From: an uncultured Candidatus Peribacteria bacterium
Lineage (GTDB): Bacteria > Patescibacteriota > Gracilibacteria > UBA1369 > 2-02-FULL-48-14
Reading direction: 5' to 3'
Assembly (NCBI GenBank): GCA_964624175.1
Contig: CAZUWE010000005.1
Coordinates: forward strand, 5,731 to 69,730
DNA length: 64,000 nt
This document shows, in pieces, positions 53,112 through 62,800 of the stretch; position 1 is the first letter of the stretch; every line of letters starts with the position of its first letter. Below the pieces are notes generated by a model. It was not told the origin of the DNA. It worked only from the letters and a program-made list of their open reading frames with translations, and searched no databases. The translations under genes were made by a program, and so were the position numbers.

Positions 53112-53579
53112 TCACTTCTTCTTTGTGAAGCGAGCGTAGTGAGCAAACGCGCGGTTTGCTTGTGCCATACGTTCTACGTCGTCCTTCTTCTTTACCGCCC
53201 CTCCGTTTCCGTCGGCAGCTTCAAGAATTTCGAGGGTGAGACGCTTAGCCATAGGCATTCCTTTTCGCTTGCGAGCTCCATCAATGAGCCATCGGAATGA
53301 AAGCATTCGTTGACGGCGAGGGTTTACTTCGAAAGGCACTTGATACACCGCTCCTCCGATACGCTTTGGACGTACTTCCATAGTAGGCTTGGTGTTCTCG
53401 ATAGCACGGAAGAAAAGCTCACGAGGAGCCTTGTGTCCACGCTTTTCAATTTCACCAAGCATCTCGTTGAAGATTCGGCGAGCAACGCTCTTCTTTCCTC
53501 CAAGCATGATGTAGTTGATGAACTTCTCAGAAGTTTCATCAGACATAGGAGGTACGTAGGTAGTGATCTTAGTCTTCAT
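53112..53579 (-). CDS. rpsG: 30S ribosomal protein S7
   Basis: KFINYIMLGGKKSVARRIF...PTMEVRPKRIGGAVYQVPFEV...RRQRMLSFRWLIDGARKR. Confidence 0.95.
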   Translation of the reverse strand: MKTKITTYVPPMSDETSEKFINYIMLGGKKSVARRIFNEMLGEIEKRGHKAPRELFFRAIENTKPTMEVRPKRIGGAVYQVPFEVNPRRQRMLSFRWLIDGARKRKGMPMAKRLTLEILEAADGNGGAVKKKDDVERMAQANRAFAHYARFTKKK

Positions 53580-53584
53580 TTAGT

Positions 53585-53998
53585 TTACTTTTTAGGTTTC
53601 TTAGCTCCGTAACGGCTTCGTCCTTGCTTTCGGTTTTGTACACCTTGGCAGTCGAGAGATCCACGAATGATGTGGTAACGAACTCCCGGAAGGTCCTTAA
53701 CACGACCTCCACGTACCATTACGATTGAGTGTTCTTGTAAGTTATGTCCTTCTCCTCCGATATAAGCATTCACTTCCATCCCATTGGTCAAACGTACACG
53801 CGCGATCTTTCGAAGCGCTGAGTTAGGCTTCTTAGGAGTCATGGTCGTCACCTTGGTGCATACTCCGCGTTTAGCGGGGCAGGGAAGAGGACGATTCTGA
53901 GAACGCAAAGTATTGAAAATAGTTTGAAGCGCAGGAGCTTTACTCTTTTTCTTGTTGGCCTTGCGAGGCTTGCGAATGAGCTGATTAATGGTTGGCAT
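53585..53998 (-). CDS. rpsL: 30S ribosomal protein S12
   Basis: [12 protein letters not shown]...[59 protein letters not shown]. Confidence 0.97.
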   Translation of the reverse strand: MPTINQLIRKPRKANKKKSKAPALQTIFNTLRSQNRPLPCPAKRGVCTKVTTMTPKKPNSALRKIARVRLTNGMEVNAYIGGEGHNLQEHSIVMVRGGRVKDLPGVRYHIIRGSLDCQGVQNRKQGRSRYGAKKPKK

Positions 53999-54026
53999 TA
54001 AGTTGAAACTGTGAATTAGCTGAGGC

Positions 54027-54055
54027 AGTTTAGTAGATCTATTGGCTTATTGCAA
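54027..54055 (-). promoter_or_regulatory. Candidate promoter for rpsL-rpsG
   Basis: The minus strand has TTGCAA (54055..54050), a 17-nt spacer and TAAACT (54032..54027), about 28 nt upstream of the rpsL ATG. Confidence 0.4.
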
Positions 54056-54109
54056 GCGAATTTGTTGATCTTTTTATTTTAGATCAGCTTCATTGATAGA
54101 GGAGGTATA

Positions 54110-54137
54110 TTGACAAAAATAAAAAATAACGTAACAT
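54110..54137 (+). promoter_or_regulatory. Candidate promoter for the 54144 gene
   Basis: TTGACA (54110..54115), 16-nt spacer, TAACAT (54132..54137). The ATG lies only 6 nt after the -10 box, which is leaderless-like. Confidence 0.4.
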
Positions 54138-54143
54138 ACTACT

Positions 54144-55037
54144 ATGAAGGTAAAACTAGATAGGCCAACCCCTCTGGTGATACGAGATGGAAATGAATCT
54201 AAGATTCTTTCTTTTGATCTAGAGAGGGGGAAAACGAGGGCTCGTCTTTTAGGCATGGTTCACATAGCTGAAAGAAGGTTTTATGATCACCGAAACGCTC
54301 AACTAGAAGAAGATCCTAGCCGTATAGTTTTGGCTGAGGGTGTTAGGCCTAAAGATAAAGCAATGCATCCGTCTGGCCTAAGCCGACTGACTCAAGTTTA
54401 TAGATTTGTTGCTGAAAATTTGGGTGAAAATCTTGTCGCTCAAACGGATGTTTTCCCTAGAAATACCACAGGAGTGTATTCTGCAGATCTGAACAGCGAA
54501 GAGCTGATGGGACATGTTCGCAGTGGTGTACTCATGGGCCCTCTAATGGATTTTTATGCTAGACATGCAGGTGAGTTTCCTAGCTTACCCACGGAGTTTC
54601 CAGAGCTCCCTGTACCTGAGGAAATCGCAAAGGCGGTTGCCGCCAGTGCTCGAGGACAGCTTTGTAAAACTTTAGAGTCGGGCTCTTTTTTGTTAGATTC
54701 CGTCGCGCCTTTCACCGCTCTGTACAAAGGATTAGTTGTAAAAAGAAATGAACGACTTGCTCAGTTAATGAATCAAGCACCAAACAGGGCAGGGACCCTT
54801 ATGGTACCGTGGGGAGTTGCTCACTTTCCTGACTTGGTAAAACAGTTGGCTCCAAGCGGATGGCACTTTGTTTCTGGAAGTGTTGAGTACACGGCTTACA
54901 TGACGGTACCTACTTATAGAGAGCAGCTTGCTGCTGCTTGGACAGCGGCTAAGTGTGCCTTACGTAATGCTCCGGAGTGGGGACGAACTCTTATTCAAGA
55001 ATTTAAGCCGCGTGAGCTAGGAGGTAAGAACGAATAG
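54144..55037 (+). CDS. Hypothetical protein, possibly TraB/GumN-family
   Basis: N-terminal RARLLGMVHIAERRFY and C-terminal GTLMVPWGVAHFPDLVKQLAPSGWHFV resemble the two conserved His-containing motifs of TraB/GumN proteins. There is no signal peptide. It is on the strand opposite to the flanking rpoC and rpsL. Confidence 0.4.
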   Translation: MKVKLDRPTPLVIRDGNESKILSFDLERGKTRARLLGMVHIAERRFYDHRNAQLEEDPSRIVLAEGVRPKDKAMHPSGLSRLTQVYRFVAENLGENLVAQTDVFPRNTTGVYSADLNSEELMGHVRSGVLMGPLMDFYARHAGEFPSLPTEFPELPVPEEIAKAVAASARGQLCKTLESGSFLLDSVAPFTALYKGLVVKRNERLAQLMNQAPNRAGTLMVPWGVAHFPDLVKQLAPSGWHFVSGSVEYTAYMTVPTYREQLAAAWTAAKCALRNAPEWGRTLIQEFKPRELGGKNE

Positions 55038-55067
55038 AAAAGCCCCACCTTGCGGCAGGGCTCTTTG
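55038..55067. terminator. Bidirectional terminator between the 54144 gene and rpoC
   Basis: AAAAGCCCCACC-TTGC-GGCAGGGCTCTTTGTT (7 of 9 bp paired), between convergent stops at 55037 and 55087. Confidence 0.5.
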
Positions 55068-55086
55068 TTGGAGTTCGAATGGGGGA

Positions 55087-58000
55087 CTAGTCTTCTCGAG
55101 TGTCGATTTCCTCTCCGCGGAATTGCTTGCGGAAGGTTTCTCCAGCAGGGATGAGACGTCCAATGATAACGTTTTCCTTGAGTCCTTGTAGAAGGTCCAC
55201 ACGGTGAGTGGTGGCAGCTTCCACGAGTACACGGATGGTCTCTTGGAACGATGCAGCTGAGAGCCAGCTTTCGGTGTAAAGAGCGATACGAGTGAGTCCG
55301 AGGAGGAGTCGTTCGTATTCGATCACTGGTTTCTTCTTCTTTTCGAATTCTTGGTTTTCTTCCACTACTGTTTGGAAATCCACGATTTCTCCAGGAAGGA
55401 AGTTGCTCGCTCCAGGTTCTACGATACGAACCTTAGAGAACATTTGGCGAGTGATGATTTCGATGTGCTTGTCGTTGATGGTTTGTCCTTGTGATGCGTA
55501 GATGCTTTGTACTTCAGACATGATGTACTTTTGAGTGGTGTAGATGTCTGAAAGCTTCATGAGCTTACGAAGATTGAGATGTCCTCCAGTGAGAGGGGTT
55601 CCCTTAGCAACGAGATCTCCAGTCTTCACTTTAATGCTCTTACCTGCGTCAACTTTGTAGCTTTGTTCAACCACATCAGGTTGTACCACGATTTCTTTCT
55701 TTCCAGCCTTCACTACCACTCCATCAAGGGTAGCGCGAACCTTCTTAGCTCCCTTTTCAGCGAGCACATCTTTGAGATGGATCTTGTCATCCTTCTTCAC
55801 GGTCACCTCGAATCCTTCTGGAACTTCGAAGCTCACTTCAGGAACGTCAGTTGGGGTGATGGTGATCACGGTTTGGTTACCCTTGCTGCTCACGGTTACC
55901 TTCCCATCGATTTCAGCGAGTACAGCTGGCTTCTTTGGAGTTCGAGCTTCGAACAGTTCTTCCACGCGAGTAAGACCTTGTGTGATGTCGTCTTCGTCGG
56001 CGATTCCTCCCATGTGGAAGGTACGCATGGTGAGCTGGGTTCCAGGTTCTCCGATGGATTGAGCCGCGATAATACCTACAGCGGTTCCAAGGTCCACGGT
56101 CTTAGAGGTTCCAAGATCACGTCCGTAACACTTTTGGCACACTCCGTTTAGGGTGAGACAAGTCATCACTGAGCGTACACGCACTTCAGGAACTTTTTCT
56201 TCCTTAACGAGTTTGAGTGCGGCTTTGTCGATTTCAGTTCCGGCTGCGAGCAGTTTCTTGCCCTTAGAGTCGAGCACGTCTTCTCCAAGCGTGCGTCCGA
56301 AGATTCGGTTTTCAAACGCTTCTCCAATCTTTTCAGATTCTTCACGAGTCACAAGGTGAGTGAGCTCGGTTCCACAGTCTTCTGCTTTGATCACGATATC
56401 CTGCACCGCGTCTACGAGACGGCGAGTGAGGTATCCTGCTTCTGCGGTCTTAAGCGCGGTATCGGATTTACCTTTACGTCCTCCGTGCGTAGCAATGAAG
56501 TACTCAAGAATCGAGAACCCTTCCTTAAGGTTAGACTTAATTGGAAGTTCGATGGTTTTTCCGGCAGGATTCGCTACGAGTCCTTTCATTCCACAGAGCT
56601 GGGTGATTTGTCCCCAGTTACCACGAGCACCAGAGTCTACTTGGTAGAAAATGTCGTTTTCTGGGTCGAAGTTTTCGATCATCACTTTAGAGATGTCGTT
56701 CTTCGTCTTAGACCAGATCTTAATAGCTTGGTTGTAACGTTCATCATCGGTGATGAATCCGCGATCGTAGAAGTCTTGAACTTGAGCCACGAGCTCTTCA
56801 GATTCTTTCATGATCTTCTCTTTTTCCTTAGGAATGAGAAGGTCGGCCGCGGCCATAGAAATTCCTGAGCGAGTTGCGTACTTGAATCCAAGTTCCTTGA
56901 GGTCGTCACAGAACTTAGAAGTCACTTCTAGACCGTAGCGTTCGAATACGAGCGCCACCACTTCAGCGATTTCTTTCTTCTTGAGGGTAAGGTTTTGGAA
57001 TCCCATTCCTTCAGGCACCACGGTATTGTAGATAGCACGTCCAATGGTGGTTTCAATGATTTCACCCTTGAGACGGATCTTAACCTTGGCTTGTAAGTGG
57101 ACTTCCTTGAAGTCCATAGCAATGAGGGCTTCTTCAAGATTTCCAAAGGTCTTTCCTTCTCCCTTTTTACCTTTTTGCATAGCTGTGAGGTAGTAGAGAC
57201 CAAGCACCATGTCCTGAGTAGGTACGGTGATAGGTTCTCCTGCAGAAGGTTTGAGGAGGTTACGTGCAGAGCACATAAGATCCTTGGCTTCTTCTTGAGC
57301 CTTGTTTGAAAGAGGTACGTGTACGGCCATCTGATCTCCGTCGAAGTCGGCGTTGAACGCTGAACATACGAGAGGGTGAACTTGAATCGCCTTACCTTCA
57401 ATGAGCACAGGGCGGAATGCTTGGATTCCCAGACGGTGCAGGGTAGGTGCACGGTTGAGGAGCACATAGCGACCCTTGGTCACATCTTCAAGAATGTCCC
57501 AGATTGCCTTGTCGTTTGATTGAATCATCTTTTCAGCGCTCTTGATGTTGTGAGCGTATCCATCGGTGATGAGTTTTCCGATCACGAATGGCTTGAATAG
57601 TTCAAGTGCCATGAGCTTGGGAAGTCCACATTCATCGAGCTTGAGGTTTGGCCCAATCACGATTACTGAACGTCCTGAGTAGTCCACACGTTTTCCAAGG
57701 AGGTTTTGACGGAAGCGTCCTTGCTTACCTTTGAGCATGTCAGAGAGTGAGCGGAGTTTGCGCTTGTCACCAGAGTTGAACACGGTCTTTCCTTGTCGAG
57801 CAGAGTTGTTGATGAGGGTGTCCACCGCTTCTTGAAGCATACGTTTTTCATTTCGGCAGATCACTTCAGGTGCTCCGATCGCAATGAGACGTTTGAGACG
57901 GTTGTTACGGTTGATCACACGGCGGTAAAGGTCGTTGAGGTCAGATGCCGCGTAGCGTCCTCCGTCGAGTTGTACCATCGGACGAAGATCTGGTGGAATA

Positions 58001-58902
58001 ACGGGCAGAACGGTCATGATCATCCATTCTGATTTGATTCCCGCTTTCACAAGAGATCCGATGAGCTTGATGCGCTTCATGATCTTGGTCTTCTTTTGTC
58101 CGCTTGCCTTTTCCATTTCTGCTTCCATAGCCTTGATCTCTTCATCCATGTTCATGTTTTGGATGATCTTGTGAAGAGATTCTGCTCCGGTTCCCGCCTT
58201 GAATACGTGTCCGAATTTCATAGACATGTCTCGGTACTCAAGCTCCGTGAGTACTTTTCCTTTCTCGAGTGACTCAAGGTCGTTTCGAGCTTGATCCATT
58301 TGTTCAGAAAGCTCTTCAACCTTGTTTGCTTGTTCCTTTTCAATGTCCTTAGGATTTCCAGCTCCAGTTCGAAGACGTTCTTCGTATTCACGAATGAGGT
58401 CCTTCTTGTAAGTTTGGAACTCATCATCGAGTTGTGCAATCGCGCTTTCCTTAGCCTTGTCGTCCACTTCAGTGATGATGTAGGCAGCAAAGTAAACGAT
58501 TTGCTCGAGGGTCTTCACAGGAAGGTTGAGGAGCAAACCAATACGGCTTGGGGTAGAGCGGAGGAACCAAATGTGAGTCACCGGCACCGCGAGGGTGATG
58601 TGTCCCATTCGGCTGCGTCGAACGATAGAGCGGGTAACTTCCACTCCACATTTTTCACAAATAACTCCCTTGTAACGAATGCGCTTATATTTTCCACAGG
58701 CACATTCCCAGTTCTTCGTAGGACCGAAAATGCGTTCGCAGAAAAGTCCATCACGTTCCGGCTTTTGAGTTCGGTAGTTGATGGTCTCTGGCTTTTTAAC
58801 TTCTCCGTGAGACCATGAGAGAATTTGCTCAGGTGAAGCAACAGAGATAGCAATCGCATCAAAGAGGGTTGGAGCTTTCTTTGAATCTTGATTGTTCATC
58901 AT
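55087..58902 (-). CDS. rpoC: DNA-directed RNA polymerase beta' subunit
   Basis: Zn finger [20 protein letters not shown], catalytic [27 protein letters not shown]. 1271 aa. Confidence 0.98.
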   Translation of the reverse strand: [1271 protein letters not shown]

Positions 58903-59849
58903 GAGAATAAAGGATTAATAAATTGTAAGAGGAAAACGAGGTAAAGCAGAATCAGGAAAGTCCCCTCGTATACGGACCACTTTTTCTGAAGCGTAGAAAA
59001 TCCAAAAAGGATAAGGGCAATAATCAGGAAAGGCAGCGCAAGCACCAGCGTATCGCCGGTTACATTGAGCGTTTCAAAGAACGAAGGAACCGCGAGTACA
59101 AGCGTTGAATTGAGTACCGTAGATGCCACCAGGGTGGTCATCACGCTGTCTCCATCGCCTTTTTTAGCCGCTCGCAGTGCGAGGACCATTTCAGGAACGG
59201 AGAGGCCGAGAGCCACCACGCTGCCACCCAGCAGGCTGGGGAGCCAGTTTTGTGTCTCAGAAATCTCAATCACGCCTTCTACGGTGAAGTAGGCTCCGGC
59301 TACGAGCGCTGCTGCACTGAGCAGCAGGGTTGCAGCAAGGGGAGCCGTCCACTTCTCCATATTGAAGAGTTGTTCAATACGGTCCATGAGGCCTTGCTTG
59401 GCAGCTTTTACGCGAGCCACCAAGAAACAAACGAGCCCAATGAGCAGAAGGACTCCTTCGAAAGGAGTGATGCTGCCATCGAAGCCAAGAACAATGAGCA
59501 AGAATACGCTGCAAAGCAGCAAAGGAAGCTGCATCAGGGAACTCTCTTTCTGCACGCTCAACGTTCGCGCTGCGGTAGCCGCCACTCCAACGATCAAAAG
59601 AAGGTTGATGAGGTTGGCCCCCAGTGCGTAAGCGGGGACGAAAGAAGAATACCCCTTTACGCTGGCCACCGTGGAAACCACGAGTTCAGGCAGGCTCACT
59701 GCGAGGGCGCTGAGCAGCACTCCCACCGTAAAGGGGGAGAAGCGGCTCGCACGCGCGCCTTCACTCGCCTTGGCAGCGAACACTTGTGCAGCGCACGCCG
59801 TCACGGCCAGGGAAGCTACGAGAATGAGTGACCAGAGTAAAGTTTGCAT
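58899..59849 (-). CDS. Ca2+/cation antiporter (CaCA, YrbG-like) family membrane protein inserted between rpoB and rpoC
   Basis: About 10 TM segments. There are two alpha-repeat-like motifs: LSALAVSLPELVVSTVA..ALGANLINLLLIVG, and VVALGLSVPEMVLALRAA....LVASTVLNSTLVLAV. The TGA overlaps the rpoC ATG (ATGA). Confidence 0.6.
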   Translation of the reverse strand: MQTLLWSLILVASLAVTACAAQVFAAKASEGARASRFSPFTVGVLLSALAVSLPELVVSTVASVKGYSSFVPAYALGANLINLLLIVGVAATAARTLSVQKESSLMQLPLLLCSVFLLIVLGFDGSITPFEGVLLLIGLVCFLVARVKAAKQGLMDRIEQLFNMEKWTAPLAATLLLSAAALVAGAYFTVEGVIEISETQNWLPSLLGGSVVALGLSVPEMVLALRAAKKGDGDSVMTTLVASTVLNSTLVLAVPSFFETLNVTGDTLVLALPFLIIALILFGFSTLQKKWSVYEGTFLILLYLVFLLQFINPLFS

Positions 59850-59884
59850 AGTAGGTAATAGGGAGGGCGCAAAGCGCCGACTAA

Positions 59885-62800
59885 CTAGATCTCTTCTTCA
59901 AAATCAGGTTCTTTTGGACTTTCTTCGCCGTCTTCGTCTTCAAAGCTGTCTCCTTCTTCGCTGAATCCAGCTTCGTCGCCTTCAGCTACCACAGGTCCTG
60001 GAGAATCCAAGAGTGGCTCTTCTTCTTCCGGTTCTACATACTCTTCTTCATCCACCTTTACGTCTTCCTCTAGTTGGAGGAGATCTACGTTGAGTGACAA
60101 AGATTGAAGTTCTTTAACAAGTACGTTGAAGGATTCTGGAGTGCGAGGCTTGCGGATTTGTTCACCCTTGATGATAGATTCGTACGCTTTAGCACGTCCG
60201 TAGGTATCGTCTGACTTGATGGTGAGCATTTCTTGCAAGATGTGTGCAGCTCCGTACGCTTCGAGCGCCCATACTTCCATTTCTCCGAAGCGCTGTCCTC
60301 CGTGTTGAGCCTTTCCTCCGAGAGGCTGTTGGGTAACGAGAGAGTAAGGTCCAACGCTTCGTGCGTGAATCTTATCTTCAACCAAGTGCGCCAGCTTGAG
60401 CATGTAGGCAATTCCCACGGTGCTCTTGTGGTCGAATGGTTCTCCAGTCTTACCATCAAAGAGTTGGATCTTTCCATCTTCTGGAAGGTCAGCCTTGTTG
60501 AGCATGTCCTTGATTTGTTCGTTGGTAACTCCGTTCAAAGTAGGAGTTGCTACGTACACACCAAGCTTGCTTGCTGCCCATCCAAGGTGAGTTTCCAAAA
60601 TTTGTCCGATGTTCATACGGCTGGATACTCCGAGTGGGTTGAGTACGATGTCGATTGGAGTTCCATCTGGCATGTAAGGCATGTCTTCTTGAGGTACCAC
60701 AATGGACACAACTCCCTTGTTCCCGTGACGTCCCGCCATCTTGTCTCCTACTTGGATACGGCGAGTTTGTGCAACGGATACGCGGATTTGTTCAATCACT
60801 CCGTTCTCGAGTTCGTCTCCGTTTTCACGAGAGAACACCTGAACGCTAACCACCTTTCCTCCTTCTCCTCCAGGGAGGCGGAGAGAGGTGTCTTTCACGT
60901 CACGAGCCTTGTCTCCGAAGATAGCGCGTAGAAGGCGTTCTTCTGGAGTGAGCTCAGTTTCTCCCTTAGGGGTGATCTTACCAACGAGGATGTCTCCTTC
61001 ACGTACAGACGCTCCCACGCGGATCACTCCGTTTTCGTTGAGGTCTTTGAGACGAGCTTCTCCCACGTTTGGAATATCGCGAGTCACAATCTCTGGCCCT
61101 AGCTTGGTGTCGCGTACGTCGATAGTGAAATCTTCAATGTGCACAGAGCTGAACTTGTCGTCCTTCACTACGCGGCTTGAAAGAATCACGGCGTCTTCGA
61201 AGTTGAACCCTTCCCATGGCAGGTATGCCACGAGCATGTTTTGTCCGAGCGCAAGGTCTCCCATTTCGGTAGAGGCTCCGTCGGCAAGAATGTCTCCTTT
61301 CTTAATTTTTTGACCAGCCGTACAAGTAGGACGCTGGTGGAAAGAAGTTCCTTGGTTGGTTCGTCGGTATACGTCGAGGTTGTAAGTAGCCTTACGCCCA
61401 GAATCGTAGATCACTTCAATACGAGTTCCGTCTACATAAGAAACGGTTCCATCTTCTTCAGCGATTTCAGTTTGGTTGGTGTTGCGTGCAGCGAGACCTT
61501 CCATACCGGTTCCCACTACTGGAGTGGTAGGGCGGAGGAGAGGCACTGCCTGACGTTGCATGTTCGATCCCATCGAAGCACGAGTGTTGTCGTCGTGTTC
61601 AAGGAACGGAATGAGTGACGTAGATACAGAAATGATCTGTTGAGGAGAAATGTCCATGTGAGTCACGTCCTTTTCAGTAACGGTCACTGGTTCTCCCATC
61701 TTGCGGGCGCTTGCGCTGTCTTCAATGAATTCCCCTTCGTGAGTGAGAGGAGTGTTCGCTTGAGCGTAAACGATTTCGTTTTCATCTTCTGCATCGAAGT
61801 AACTAACCTTGCTTCCAAGGAAGGCACGTACGGGAACTTCTTTCATGTCTTTTTCTTTCATGAGTGCCTTTGCTTCTTTTTCGCCAATCTCGGTTCCTTT
61901 CTTGATCCCAGCAGCTCCTTCAGCGAGGGTGTGACCAATAGCGGCCTTACCATCGTTCTTAACAGAGTGCATCACTTCACGCAGAGGTGTTTCAATGAAT
62001 CCATACTTGTTGATCTTCGCATATGAGGCGAGGTGAACCACAAGTCCGATGTTTGGTCCTTCTGGAGTAGCAATAGGACAGATACGTCCGTAGTGAGAAG
62101 GGTGCACGTCACGTACATCGAATGAGGCGCGTTCTCGTGAAAGTCCTCCAGGTCCCATCGCAGAGAGACGGCGTTTGTGCTCGAGCTCTGAGAGAGGATT
62201 GGTTTGATCCATGAATTGAGAGAGCTGCGAGCTCGCGTAGAATTCGCGGAGAGCCGCGGTGATAGGACGAGAGTTGATCAGCTGGGTAGGAGTCACGGTA
62301 TCAAGATCCATAACCGTCATACGGTCCTTAGCGATACGCTCGGTTCGAAGGAGTCCCACGCGGAACTTGTTTTGAACGAGTTCTCCCACAGGGCGAATAC
62401 GTCGGTTTGAAAGGTGGTCGATGTCGTCTGCAACAGCTTCCTTGTTATTAAGCTTAATAAGATGCTTCAAAATGAGGATGAAGTCATCCACTTGGAAAGT
62501 ATGGAACTTACGTTCATTTGGGGTCTTGAGATCGAAACGACGGTTGATCTTATAGCGAGCCACAGAACCCATATCATACTTCTTGTAGTCGAAGAAGAGT
62601 GATTCAATGAGAGCCTTAGCATTTTCTGGAGTCGCGAGGTCTCCTGGTCGAATCTTCTTATAGATAGCCTTGTATGCTTCATCCACGGTCTTAGCAGGAT
62701 CCTTTTCGAGAGTCATCAAGATGTAGTCACGAATTGGGTCGTTGATCACATCTTTGAAGAGGTCGAGAATCTTTTTGTCGGTGTCGAATCCGAATACGCG

